From: an uncultured Gemmatimonadales bacterium
GTDB taxonomy: Bacteria > Gemmatimonadota > Gemmatimonadetes > Gemmatimonadales > GWC2-71-9
DNA: 64,000 bases
NCBI GenBank assembly: GCA_963844035.1
Contig: CAWJMT010000003.1
Coordinates: 288,001-352,000, forward strand
Direction of reading: 5' to 3'
Part shown: piece after piece, positions 44,060-53,399 of the stretch
Numbering within the stretch: position 1 is the stretch's first letter
How the letters are laid out: every line of letters starts with the position of its first letter
Made by a program: the position numbers and the translations under genes
The notes under the pieces: generated by a model
The model's database searches: none
What the model saw: only the letters and a program-made list of their open reading frames with translations
Told to the model about the DNA's origin: nothing

Positions 44060-45300
44060 GCCGCCCGCCGGACCGCGAGCGTCACGTTGTGCCCGCCGAA
44101 CCCGAACGAGTTCGAGAGCGCGACGTCGACCGCGCGGGTGACGGCATGGTTCGGGGCCGAATTGAGGTCGCAGGCGGGGTCGGGGGTGAACTGGTTGATC
44201 GTGGGCGGGATCGTGCCGCTCTTGATCACGAGCGCGCAGACGGCCGCTTCGAACGCGCCCGAGGCGCCCAGCAGATGCCCCGTCATCGATTTGGTGGACG
44301 CAAAGATCAGGGAGCGCGCGTGCTCGGCGAACACGGCCTTCACCGCCGTCGTCTCGGCGGCATCCCCGTGCGGCGTGGACGTGCCGTGCGCGTTGATGTA
44401 GGTGACCTGCTCGGGCTTGATCCCGGCATCCTGCATGGCGAGCCGCATCGCGTCCTGGGCGCCGGCACCATCCGGCGCGGGCGCGGTGATGTGATGGGCG
44501 TCCGCCGTCATGCCAAACCCGGCGAGCTCGGCGTAGATCTTGGCGCCGCGCCGGCGGGCGTGCTCCGCCTCCTCGAGAACCAGCACGGCGGCCCCGTCTC
44601 CCATGACGAACCCGTCGCGATCCTTGTCGAACGGCCGGCTGGCCGTCGCCGGATCGTCGTTGCGCTCGGAGAGCGCACGCATGTTCGCGAAGCTCGCCAT
44701 GGCGAGCGGCGTGATCGCCGCCTCGGAGCCTCCCGCGATCATGATGTCGGCCTCGTCGTCGCGGATGAATTGGACGGCATCGGCGACGGCGTGGGCGGAC
44801 GAGGCGCACGCGGACACGGTGCAGAAGTTCGGACCCTTCGCGCCGTAGCGCATGGAGATCAGCGCGGCGGCCACGTTGGGCATGTACATGGGGATGAAAA
44901 ACGGGGACACGCGGCTGGGTCCCTTTTCCACCAGCGCGCGGCAATTCTCTTCGAACGTCGTCAGCCCGCCCGTGCCGGTCCCGATCAGGACGCCCACGCG
45001 CTTGAGATCGACCGCATCCCAATTGTTCGCCAGGCAGGCGTCCGTGACGGCTTCTTCGCCCGCCCCAATCGCATACTGGGCGAACGGATCGAAGCGGCGG
45101 ATCTCCTTTTTCTCCAGATAGCGCGAGGCGTCGAATCCCTTCACCTCGCACGCGAACTTCACGGACGACTGCGCCGGATCGAACCGGGTGATCGGGCCCG
45201 CCCCCGAGCGGCCGGCCACCAGTGCATCCCAGGTGGTCCGGACGTCGGTGCCGAGCGGGGTGACGAACCCGAGGCCGGTAATCACGACCCTGCGGCTCAC
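44056..45300 (-). CDS. fabF: 3-oxoacyl-ACP synthase II
   Basis: RRVVITGLG, SACASSAHA, RPFDKDRDGFVMG, INAHGTST, STKSMTGHLLGA, SNSFGFGGHN. Confidence 0.98.
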   Translation of the reverse strand: MSRRVVITGLGFVTPLGTDVRTTWDALVAGRSGAGPITRFDPAQSSVKFACEVKGFDASRYLEKKEIRRFDPFAQYAIGAGEEAVTDACLANNWDAVDLKRVGVLIGTGTGGLTTFEENCRALVEKGPSRVSPFFIPMYMPNVAAALISMRYGAKGPNFCTVSACASSAHAVADAVQFIRDDEADIMIAGGSEAAITPLAMASFANMRALSERNDDPATASRPFDKDRDGFVMGDGAAVLVLEEAEHARRRGAKIYAELAGFGMTADAHHITAPAPDGAGAQDAMRLAMQDAGIKPEQVTYINAHGTSTPHGDAAETTAVKAVFAEHARSLIFASTKSMTGHLLGASGAFEAAVCALVIKSGTIPPTINQFTPDPACDLNSAPNHAVTRAVDVALSNSFGFGGHNVTLAVRRAA

Positions 45301-45303
45301 GCG

Positions 45304-45555
45304 TTACTTCCCCATTTTCTCGTGGAGGTACTTCATCGCCTGTCCCACCGTCCGGAGCTTTTCGGCCTCCTCGTCGGGAATGTCGATGTCGAACTCCTTC
45401 TCGAAGGCCATGACGAGCTCGACCGTGTCGAGGCTGTCCGCCCCCAGGTCCTCCATGAAACTGGCCTCGGGCGTGAGCTTTTCCCGCTCGACCCCGAGCT
45501 CTTCAACGATGATGTCCTTCACCTTTTCCTCGAGCTGCTTGATATCCATGGCCAT
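45304..45555 (-). CDS. acpP: Acyl carrier protein
   Basis: [20 protein letters not shown]. Confidence 0.98.
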   Translation of the reverse strand: MAMDIKQLEEKVKDIIVEELGVEREKLTPEASFMEDLGADSLDTVELVMAFEKEFDIDIPDEEAEKLRTVGQAMKYLHEKMGK

Positions 45556-45586
45556 GAGCGCCCTCAATCGGGGTGTGGGGGAACAG

Positions 45587-46345
45587 TCACAACACCATGC
45601 CGCCGTCGACGACCAGCACCTGCCCTGTAATGTAGCTCGCGAACTCGGAGGCGAGAAAGAGCACCGCGAATGCCACATCTGCTCCCATCCCGAGCCTCCC
45701 CAACGGAATCGCATCCTGCAGCGTGCGGCGCGCCTCGGGGGTGATGCCGCGGGTCAGCTCCGTGTCGATGAATCCCGGCGCCACGGCGTTCACGAGCACG
45801 TTGCGCGAGGCCAGCTCCTTGGCCACCGACTTCGTCAACCCGATCAATCCCGCTTTGGATGCGCTGTAATTCGCCTGCCCCTTATTGCCGGCGATACCGA
45901 CGACGCTCGTGATGTTGATGATGCGGCCGGTGCGGCGCTTGATCATGCCGCGCGCCGCGTGCTTCATCATCAGAAACGAGCCCTTCAGGTTGGTTTCTAA
46001 GACGTCGTCCCAGTCCTCTTCGCTGATGCGCACCATCAGGTTGTCGCGAGTGGTTCCGGCGTTGTTGATCAGGATGTCGATGCGGCCGAAATCCCGCTCC
46101 ACCTCGGCGACGGCGGCCTCGACCTGCGCCGACTGGCCGACGTCGCAGGCGTAGCCGCGGGCGGTGTCGTCCAGCGCCTGGGCGGCCGCCTTCGCCTTGG
46201 CGCCGTCGCGCCCGAACAGCGCGATCGTCGCGCCCGCGCCGTGAAGGGTCGCCGCGATCGACTCGCCGATGCCGCGGCTGCCCCCGGTCACGAGGGCCAC
46301 CTTGCCCGTGAGGTCGATCTTCATTGGCGTCGCCACCGGGCTCAT
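45587..46345 (-). CDS. fabG: 3-oxoacyl-ACP reductase
   Basis: [38 protein letters not shown]. Confidence 0.97.
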   Translation of the reverse strand: MSPVATPMKIDLTGKVALVTGGSRGIGESIAATLHGAGATIALFGRDGAKAKAAAQALDDTARGYACDVGQSAQVEAAVAEVERDFGRIDILINNAGTTRDNLMVRISEEDWDDVLETNLKGSFLMMKHAARGMIKRRTGRIINITSVVGIAGNKGQANYSASKAGLIGLTKSVAKELASRNVLVNAVAPGFIDTELTRGITPEARRTLQDAIPLGRLGMGADVAFAVLFLASEFASYITGQVLVVDGGMVL

Positions 46346-47292
46346 GCCGCCTCGAGAAATTGTGAGAGCTCGTCCGCCGTTCCCAGGCTCACGACCCTGG
46401 GGTCGGGCAGGATGCGCTTGACCAGCCCCGCCAGCACCTTGCCGGACCCGATCTCGATGAATTGCGCGCCCGGTCCGGCGATCCGTGCGGCGTGCTCGAC
46501 GCATTCGATCCAGCGGACGGGAGCCGTGAGCTGGTCCGCCAGCAGGCGTCGCGCGCGCGCTGCGGTGGTGACCGACTCCGCCGTCGCGTTGGCGATCACG
46601 GGGTGCTTCGGCTCGCCGAACGGGGCCTTGTCGAGCGCCGCCCGCAGGCGACTCGCGGCCGGCCCCATCAAGGGGGAATGGAACGCGCCGCTGACCTTGA
46701 GCTCGATCACGCGCTTGGCGCCGCGGGCCCGGCACCCTTCGGCGGCCCTGCGCACGGCCTCCGGGTCGCCCGAGATCACCGTCTGGTCGGGGGTGTTCAG
46801 GTTCGCCGTCACGGCGATCGCGTCCTTGGCCGACGCCTCGTGGCACGCCGCCGTGACGTCGGCGACGGGAAGTCCGAGTACCGCCGCCATTGCGCCGGGC
46901 CGCTCCCTGCCCACCTGTTGCATGAGGTCGCCGCGCTGACGAACCAGGACCGCCGCATCAGGGGCCGCCAGCGCGCCCGCCGTGAGATAGGCCGAGTACT
47001 CACCGAGGGAATGCCCGGCAGCGGCGGCCGCCGCGACCCCGGTGGTCGACCGCAGCACGGCGAAGATGGCGGCGGTGTGCGCCAGGATTGCGGGTTGCGC
47101 GTTGTGGGTGTCGGTCAACGCGTCTTCGGGTCCCTCGAACATGACGTGACTGAGCCGGAAGCTGAGCGCGTCGTCGATGGATTCGAAGACGAGTCGCGCG
47201 GCGGGAAACCGCTCCGCCAGGTCCTTGCCCATGCCGACTTTTTGCGCGCCCTGTCCCGGACAGAGCCAGACGGTCTTGCCTGGAGCTACCAC
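46342..47292 (-). CDS. fabD: Malonyl-CoA:ACP transacylase
   Basis: PGQGAQ, AQPAIL, GHSLGEY, VSGAFHS, PVRW. Confidence 0.97.
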   Translation of the reverse strand: MVAPGKTVWLCPGQGAQKVGMGKDLAERFPAARLVFESIDDALSFRLSHVMFEGPEDALTDTHNAQPAILAHTAAIFAVLRSTTGVAAAAAAGHSLGEYSAYLTAGALAAPDAAVLVRQRGDLMQQVGRERPGAMAAVLGLPVADVTAACHEASAKDAIAVTANLNTPDQTVISGDPEAVRRAAEGCRARGAKRVIELKVSGAFHSPLMGPAASRLRAALDKAPFGEPKHPVIANATAESVTTAARARRLLADQLTAPVRWIECVEHAARIAGPGAQFIEIGSGKVLAGLVKRILPDPRVVSLGTADELSQFLEAA

Positions 47293-48272
47293 TGGATGAC
47301 CATGCTCGCCCATGTGAAGCCCGCGCCGAACGCGACGAACATCACCTTCATGCCGGGCGTCAGCCGCCCGGTGCGTACCGCTTCGTCGAGCGCGATCGCG
47401 ACCGACGCGGCGGAGGTGTTCCCGTAGCGGTCCACGTTGACGAACACCTTCTCCATCGGGAGGTCGGCGTGTTTGGCCGTCGCCTCAATGATGCGGATGT
47501 TGGCCTGATGCGGGATCAGGAGATCCAGGTCGGCGGCGGCGAGGCCGGCCCGCGCGAGCGCCGTGTCGCAGGCGTCGGCCATGGTGAGCACAGCAGCCTT
47601 GAAGACCTCGCGGCCCGACATGCGGACGAAGTGCGAGTGGTCCTTGAGCATCTGCGCGTCGGGCGGATGCGCCGCGCCCCCGGCCGGTCGGTTGAGCAGG
47701 TCCGCCAGGGTGCCGTCGGATTTCATGTAGGACGACAGGATACCGCGGCCATTCACACTGCGCCGGACGACCGTGGCGCCCGCGCCGTCGCCGAACAGGA
47801 CGGCGGTCGTGCGGTCGGTCCAATCCACGATGCTCGTGAGCTTCTCGGCCGCCACCACCAGCACCGTTGCGGCCTGCTCCGAGGCGACCAGTCCCTCCGC
47901 CACATTGAGCGCGTACACGAAGCCGGTGCACGCAGCGGAGACGTCGAAGGCGGCAGCGTTCTTGGCGCCGAGCAGGGCCTGCAGGTCGCAGGCCTGGGAG
48001 GGCAGCAGCCGGTCTGGTGTACAGGTCGCCACGATGATCGTATCGAGGTCGAGCGCGGTCACGCCGCTGGTCTGCATCGCCCGTTCGGCGGCCGCCTTGG
48101 CCATGCAGGCGTTCGACTCGTCGAGGGCGGCGACGCGCCGCTCGCGAATCCCGGTGCGGTCCTGGATCCACTGGTCGGACGTGTCGAGCATCGCGGAGAG
48201 CTCGGTGTTCGTGACGACGCGTGCGGGCGCGTAACTCCCAGTTCCCAGCAGCTCGGCCACCGGGCGCTTCAC
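47286..48272 (-). CDS. fabH: 3-oxoacyl-ACP synthase III
   Basis: RTGIRERR, AACTGF, FGDGAGA, PHQANIRI, YGNTSAAS, FGAGFTW. Confidence 0.97.
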   Translation of the reverse strand: MKRPVAELLGTGSYAPARVVTNTELSAMLDTSDQWIQDRTGIRERRVAALDESNACMAKAAAERAMQTSGVTALDLDTIIVATCTPDRLLPSQACDLQALLGAKNAAAFDVSAACTGFVYALNVAEGLVASEQAATVLVVAAEKLTSIVDWTDRTTAVLFGDGAGATVVRRSVNGRGILSSYMKSDGTLADLLNRPAGGAAHPPDAQMLKDHSHFVRMSGREVFKAAVLTMADACDTALARAGLAAADLDLLIPHQANIRIIEATAKHADLPMEKVFVNVDRYGNTSAASVAIALDEAVRTGRLTPGMKVMFVAFGAGFTWASMVIQW

Positions 48273-49276
48273 GCGATCGCGCCTCCCCCGGCGAACTCGG
48301 CGCCGATATCCTGGCTCAGGCGGCTCTGCACCATCTGCACGGCCACCCGTACCGCATTCATGATGGCGCGGGCCGGCGAGGCGCCGTGGCAAATGATGGC
48401 GACGCCCCGGATGCCGAGCAGCGGCGCGCCACCGTACTCCGAGTAGTCGAGGAACTTGAGGATCTGCTTGGTCTCGGGGCGGCCGGCGATATCGGGGAAG
48501 GAGTGCTTGAGCATTCCAGCGAACATGCGTCCCGCGGACTCGTAGAACTTGAGGATGGCGTTGCCGATGAACCCGTCACACACGACCACGTCAACCCGTC
48601 CGGCGCGGCATTTGCCGGTGAGGATGTCCCGCCCTTCGACGTTGCCGAGGAAGTTCAGGCCCATCGCCGTCTTGAGCAGACGGTGCGCTTCCTGGACGAC
48701 GGCGCTGCCCTTTTCCTCTTCCTCGCCGACGTTCAGCAGCCCGACGCCGGGCTCCTGGCGCTCGAGCACGTCGCGCGCGTAGAGGGAGCCGAGATGCGCA
48801 AAGTTGACGAGCTCGCGCGCGTCACAGTCCACGTTGGCGCCGCCGTCGATGACCAGCACCGAATGCCCGGCCGTGGGAAACAGGGCTCCGATGGCCGCGC
48901 GCTGCACGCCGGGGTGTAACCGTAGCGCCAGCGTGGCCCCCGCCATCACCGCCCCGGTGTTGCCGGCGGAGATGAACGCATCGGAGTCGCCGTCCTTTTG
49001 GAGGCCGAGCCCGACCGCAATGGACGAGCGCGGTTTGCTCCGGATGGCGGTCAGGGGCTTCTCCCCCATGCCGACCACTTCGGGGGCCTCGACCACCTCC
49101 AGCCGGGACCGGTCGATCTGACCGTGCTGCTTGAGCGCCGCTTCGACGTCGGCTGTCCGGCCGACCAGCTGAATGCGGAACGTCGGCGGAAGGTCGCGTA
49201 GCGCCATCGCCGTTCCTTCCACTTCCACCAGCGGCGCGTTGTCTCCGCCCATCGCGTCGAGCGCGATGCGGATCAC
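48269..49276 (-). CDS. plsX: Phosphate acyltransferase PlsX
   Basis: IALDAMGGDNAP, SAGNTGA, DGGANVD, NVGEEEEKG, GNVEGRD, CDGFIGN, GGAPLLG. Confidence 0.97.
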   Translation of the reverse strand: MIRIALDAMGGDNAPLVEVEGTAMALRDLPPTFRIQLVGRTADVEAALKQHGQIDRSRLEVVEAPEVVGMGEKPLTAIRSKPRSSIAVGLGLQKDGDSDAFISAGNTGAVMAGATLALRLHPGVQRAAIGALFPTAGHSVLVIDGGANVDCDARELVNFAHLGSLYARDVLERQEPGVGLLNVGEEEEKGSAVVQEAHRLLKTAMGLNFLGNVEGRDILTGKCRAGRVDVVVCDGFIGNAILKFYESAGRMFAGMLKHSFPDIAGRPETKQILKFLDYSEYGGAPLLGIRGVAIICHGASPARAIMNAVRVAVQMVQSRLSQDIGAEFAGGGAIA

Positions 49277-49277
49277 G

Positions 49278-49460
49278 TCAGGCGTCCTCCACCACCACGC
49301 GCTGCACGTCGCCGTAATAGCCGCACGTGGGGCACACGTGGTGAGGCCGTTTCAAGTCGTGGCAGCGGGGACAGGGCTGCAACGTCGCTGCCACCGCCTT
49401 ATAGTGCGTGCGCCGGGCCCGCTTCTTCCGTTTCGACGTTCTTCGCTTCGGTACCGCCAT
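49278..49460 (-). CDS. rpmF: 50S ribosomal protein L32
   Basis: MAVPKRRTSK..CPRC..PHHVCPTCGYY. Confidence 0.98.
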   Translation of the reverse strand: MAVPKRRTSKRKKRARRTHYKAVAATLQPCPRCHDLKRPHHVCPTCGYYGDVQRVVVEDA

Positions 49461-49472
49461 GCGTAGCCTCGT

Positions 49473-49982
49473 TCAGTCGCGCAGCTTCCCTTTGAGCGCC
49501 GCGAGCGCCTTCCACCGCAGATCGGTAGCCGGCGCGCAGCCACAGGGGCCCGCGTTCAGGTCGTGACCGCAGCTCGGGCAGAGCCCGCGGCAGTCATCGC
49601 GGCACACCACATACTGGGGGGCCGCTAGAATCAGCTCCTCCCGAACCGCCGCCGTGACGTCAACTTCCGTCGCGTCCGGGGCGAGGGGGTACGAATCCGG
49701 ATCGTCGAGCGTGTCCGGGTCCTGCGTGAAGAGTGCCTTGATATCGGCCTCGACCGGCACCTGCACCGGCTCAAGACAGCGCCGGCAGGTCTCGGACAGC
49801 CGGGCGGCAACCTTGGCGTGCCAATAGAACCGCCCCTCGCCCGCCGGCTGCAGCCGTCCGGTCACCCGAACCGGGCCGTCCAGCGCGAAATTCAGACCCG
49901 CGAAGAGGCCGTCGGTGGCGGGGAGGTCGCCCCGCGTTTCAACCGGACCGCGGGCGAGCTCCCGGAGATCGGCTCGGAGCAT
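49473..49982 (-). CDS. yceD: YceD/DUF177 family protein
   Basis: CRRCL, CRDDCRGLCPSCGHDLN..C.C, DLRW; directly upstream of rpmF. Confidence 0.92.
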   Translation of the reverse strand: MLRADLRELARGPVETRGDLPATDGLFAGLNFALDGPVRVTGRLQPAGEGRFYWHAKVAARLSETCRRCLEPVQVPVEADIKALFTQDPDTLDDPDSYPLAPDATEVDVTAAVREELILAAPQYVVCRDDCRGLCPSCGHDLNAGPCGCAPATDLRWKALAALKGKLRD

Positions 49983-49990
49983 GCGCAGCG

Positions 49991-50019
49991 AAGCTAAACC
50001 GTTGTGGGACTTGCGTCAA
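49991..50019 (-). promoter_or_regulatory. sigma70 promoter TTGACG-17-TAGCTT for yceD-rpmF-plsX-fab
   Basis: -35 at 50019-50014, -10 at 49996-49991, 8 nt before the yceD ATG. Confidence 0.75.
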
Positions 50020-50027
50020 GCTAACTG

Positions 50028-50456
50028 TCAGCCGGCGCGGAACAGCTCCGCCAACTCCGCCTCGGTGAAGAAGAACGCCACCTCCCGGGCGGCGTTGTCG
50101 TCGGAATCGGAGGCGTGGATCGCGTTCCGCTCCTTGGACTGGGCGAAGAGCTTGCGGATCGTCCCCGCCTTGGCTTCGGCCGGATCGGTGGCCCCGATGG
50201 CGTCGCGGAGGGCGGCGACTGCCCCGTCGCGCTTGAGCGCCATGGCCAGAGCCGGCCCGGAGGTCATGAAGGTCACCAGTGAACGGAAGAACGGCCGTTC
50301 CCGGTGGACGGCGTAGAACGCCTCAGCCTGAGCGGTGCTCAGACGGACGAGACGGGCCGCACGCACGGCGAAACCGGCTGCCTCGAGGTGGGCCAGGATC
50401 TTCCCGGCGTTGCCGGCGGCGACAGCGTCGGGCTTGATGATGGCGAGCGTAATCAT
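50028..50456 (-). CDS. ndk: Nucleoside diphosphate kinase
   Basis: TLAIIKPDAV, FYAVHRERPFF, GATDP..GTIR, NAIHASDS. Confidence 0.97.
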   Translation of the reverse strand: MITLAIIKPDAVAAGNAGKILAHLEAAGFAVRAARLVRLSTAQAEAFYAVHRERPFFRSLVTFMTSGPALAMALKRDGAVAALRDAIGATDPAEAKAGTIRKLFAQSKERNAIHASDSDDNAAREVAFFFTEAELAELFRAG

Positions 50457-50457
50457 A

Positions 50458-50489
50458 GGTGTCGGGTGTCGGGGGTCAGGTGTCAGGTA
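50458..50489. repeat. Degenerate 7-bp tandem repeat (GGTGTCR-like, ~4.5 copies) between the EIIA-CBS gene and ndk
   Basis: ggtgtcg ggtgtcg ggggtca ggtgtca ggt. Confidence 0.7.
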
Positions 50490-51391
50490 GCAATGAGACG
50501 GCGAATCAGGTCCGCCCGGGTGAGAAAGCCGACCACCTTCCCTTCCCGTACCACGGGAAAGCGATCGACATCCTTGCTGTTCATGAGGCTGGCGACGTCG
50601 GTCATGGTTTGATCCTCCGCCAGGCAGAGGACGGAGCGCGCCATGGCCTCGCGTACGGGAATCTGCCGTGGATCGGTGGATCCGCGCTGGATCTGGCTCT
50701 TGGTGAGTGCGCGGGTCTCGCCGCTCTTGGTGCGCTGCAGATACTCCGGGATCAGGAACTTCAACAACTCCTTGTGGGACACCATTCCGAGCAGGGTCCC
50801 CGTTTCATCGACCACCGGTAGCGCGCCGAGGTCGCGTTCCACCATCAGGTGGGCGACCTCACCGAGGGGAGTTTCCGGCGTCAGCGTGAGGACGTGCGCC
50901 GTCATCACATCGCGCACCAACAGCTGCGCCGGCAGTTCGATCGAGGCGAGGGCGGGGATCGCCAACACCGCCTCAGGCGTCCGCGCATCGAGCAGCTCCC
51001 GCAGCGTCTCAGGATCGGAAAGTGCGCGCGCCAGCGCGCCGATGACCTGGAGGTACGTCGGGCCGTCGCGCGGCGGTGCCACGATGAAGATGACGACGCG
51101 CGCCGCCCGGCGCGCGTCCTTGCCGGAGGGAATGGCGGAGGGCGCGATTCCCACGCTGACCAGGAGACTGCGCACCGCCTCGGTGCGGAAGTGCGGCAGA
51201 AACGCATGGTCGCCAACGCTGGTCATATCCTCGGGCCAATTATCCTGAATCAGCGTGCGGAGTCGCTTGGGCTCGGCGACGCTTCCGGAGTCTACGAGAC
51301 GCTGAGCGAGCTGCTCGGTCGCGTCCTGCACCGTCCGCGCATGCAGCGGGACGATGACGTGCTCGCGCCGCAGCAAGTCCCGCAGCTTCAT
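50483..51391 (-). CDS. PTS EIIA(Ntr/Fru-like) domain fused to a CBS pair
   Basis: N-terminal [38 protein letters not shown]-terminal [34 protein letters not shown]. Confidence 0.85.
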   Translation of the reverse strand: MKLRDLLRREHVIVPLHARTVQDATEQLAQRLVDSGSVAEPKRLRTLIQDNWPEDMTSVGDHAFLPHFRTEAVRSLLVSVGIAPSAIPSGKDARRAARVVIFIVAPPRDGPTYLQVIGALARALSDPETLRELLDARTPEAVLAIPALASIELPAQLLVRDVMTAHVLTLTPETPLGEVAHLMVERDLGALPVVDETGTLLGMVSHKELLKFLIPEYLQRTKSGETRALTKSQIQRGSTDPRQIPVREAMARSVLCLAEDQTMTDVASLMNSKDVDRFPVVREGKVVGFLTRADLIRRLIAT

Positions 51392-52257
51392 AGCCTCTCC
51401 TTGAGTAGCGGGACCACATCTGCGGGCCGCCGCATGACCGGGATGCCCGCGCGCTCGAGCGCGGCCATTTTCTCCGCCGCGGTGCCCCCGGACCCCGAGG
51501 CGATGGCGCCGGCGTGTCCCATACGGCGCCCCGGCGGTGCGGTCTGGCCCGCGATGAATCCCACCACCGGTTTGGTCATGGAGCGCTGGACGAACTCGGC
51601 GGCCTGTTGCTCGTCCGTGCCGCCGATCTCACCGATCATCACGACCGCATCGGTCCCGGCGTCCGCCTGGAAGGCGGTCAAACAGGCGACGAACGACGTG
51701 CCGATGATCGGGTCGCCGCCGATTCCCACGCACGTGGATTGGCCGAAACCGTGGGTCGACAGCTGATGGACGATCTCGTAGGTGAGGGTGCCGCTGCGTG
51801 AGACGACGCCGATCCGGCCCGGCTGGCAGATGTTGCCGGGGATGATGCCCACCTTGCTCGCGCCCGGAGTGATCAGGCCGGGACAGTTGGGGCCGATCAG
51901 GCGCACGCGGCGCTCGGTGAGGAACGGCATCACCCTCGTCATGTCCAGCACGGGAATGCCTTCGGTGATGCAGATGATCAGCGTCAGCCCAGCGTCGGCC
52001 GCCTCATAGATGGCGGCGGCAGCCGCGGCCGCCGGCACGTAGATCACCGTCGCATTGGGTTGCGTGTCGCGTACTGCCTCCGCGACGGTGTCGTACACGG
52101 GGACACCCTCGTCGAAACGCGAGCCCCCCTTCCCCGGCGTTACGCCCGCGACGACGTTCGTGCCGTACGCGATCATCTGGCGCGTGTGAAACGAGCCGTC
52201 CCGGCCGGTCACGCCCTGGACGAGCAGCCGCGTCGCACGATCGATGAAGATGCTCAT
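51388..52257 (-). CDS. sucD: Succinyl-CoA synthetase alpha subunit
   Basis: [49 protein letters not shown]. Confidence 0.97.
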   Translation of the reverse strand: MSIFIDRATRLLVQGVTGRDGSFHTRQMIAYGTNVVAGVTPGKGGSRFDEGVPVYDTVAEAVRDTQPNATVIYVPAAAAAAAIYEAADAGLTLIICITEGIPVLDMTRVMPFLTERRVRLIGPNCPGLITPGASKVGIIPGNICQPGRIGVVSRSGTLTYEIVHQLSTHGFGQSTCVGIGGDPIIGTSFVACLTAFQADAGTDAVVMIGEIGGTDEQQAAEFVQRSMTKPVVGFIAGQTAPPGRRMGHAGAIASGSGGTAAEKMAALERAGIPVMRRPADVVPLLKERL

Positions 52258-53388
52258 CGCGTTGGCCAGCGCCACGGCGCGCTGCACCGCGTCGTCCATG
52301 TCCGTCAGCGCAGAGAAACCGGCGTTCGTCAGGATCGCGACCGCCTCAGCTTCGTTGGTGCCGGTGAGGCGGATGACGAGGGGGACCTTGAGGGGGAAGT
52401 GCTGGGTCGCCTGGACGATACCGTTGGCCACGTCGTCGCACCGCGTGATCCCGCCGAAGATGTTGAACAGAATCGCCTTCACGTGCGGATCACCGGTAAT
52501 GATTTGCAGCGCCGCGACGACCTTCTCCGGGTTGGAGCTGCCCCCGATGTCGAGAAAGTTGGCGGGTTCTCCACCGTAGAACTTCACCAGATCCATCGTC
52601 GCCATGGCAAGCCCGGCGCCGTTCACGCAGCACGCTACAGATCCCGCCAGCTTGATGAACGACAGTCCGTGCTCCCGCGCCTGCTGTTCCGAAGGCGCCT
52701 CGGCCGACAGATCGCGCAAGGCGGCCAGGTCGGCGTGGCGCATGAGCTCGTTGTCGTCCAGGGCGAGCTTCGCATCCAGGGCGAGCACGCGGCCGTCGGG
52801 TGTCGTGACGAGAGGGTTGATCTCCGCGAGCGACGCGCCGACCGCATAGAAGGCGGCGTAGAGCTTCTGGGCGATGTCCGCGGCTGCGCGTACCTGCGCC
52901 AGATCGTCGTACAGCGCGAACCCAAGGGACATGGCCTGGTGAGTGAGCAGGCCGTAGCGCGGGTCCACCGGCACCCGCACGATGCGCTCCGGCGTGCGAG
53001 CCGCCACCTCCTCGATGTCCATTCCACCGGCCGCGCTGGCCATCACCATCGGACGCTGCGTCTCGCGGTCGACGATGATCCCGAGGTAGCTCTCCGACGC
53101 GATCTCGGCGGCCGGCACCACGAGCACTTTCTGCACCGGCAGGTCGCGGATGGTCATCCCGAGGATCCGTGAGGCGTGTTCGGCCGCCTCCGCCGGATTG
53201 CGGGCGAGCTTCACTCCCCCGGCCTTGCCCCGGCCTCCCGTGTGCACCTGCGCCTTCACCATCACGGGTCCCGCCATCCGCGCCGCGATCGCCTTGGCCT
53301 CCTGGGCGGTGGCTGCGACGGCTCCCGGGGGAAATGGAATCCCGAAGCGTTCGAAGATCTCGCGGGCCTGATATTCGTGAAGGTTCAC
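52258..53388 (-). CDS. sucC: Succinyl-CoA synthetase beta subunit (reads in frame into sucD in this sequence)
   Basis: [58 protein letters not shown]. Confidence 0.97.
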
Positions 53389-53399
53389 GGCAGGGAAAC

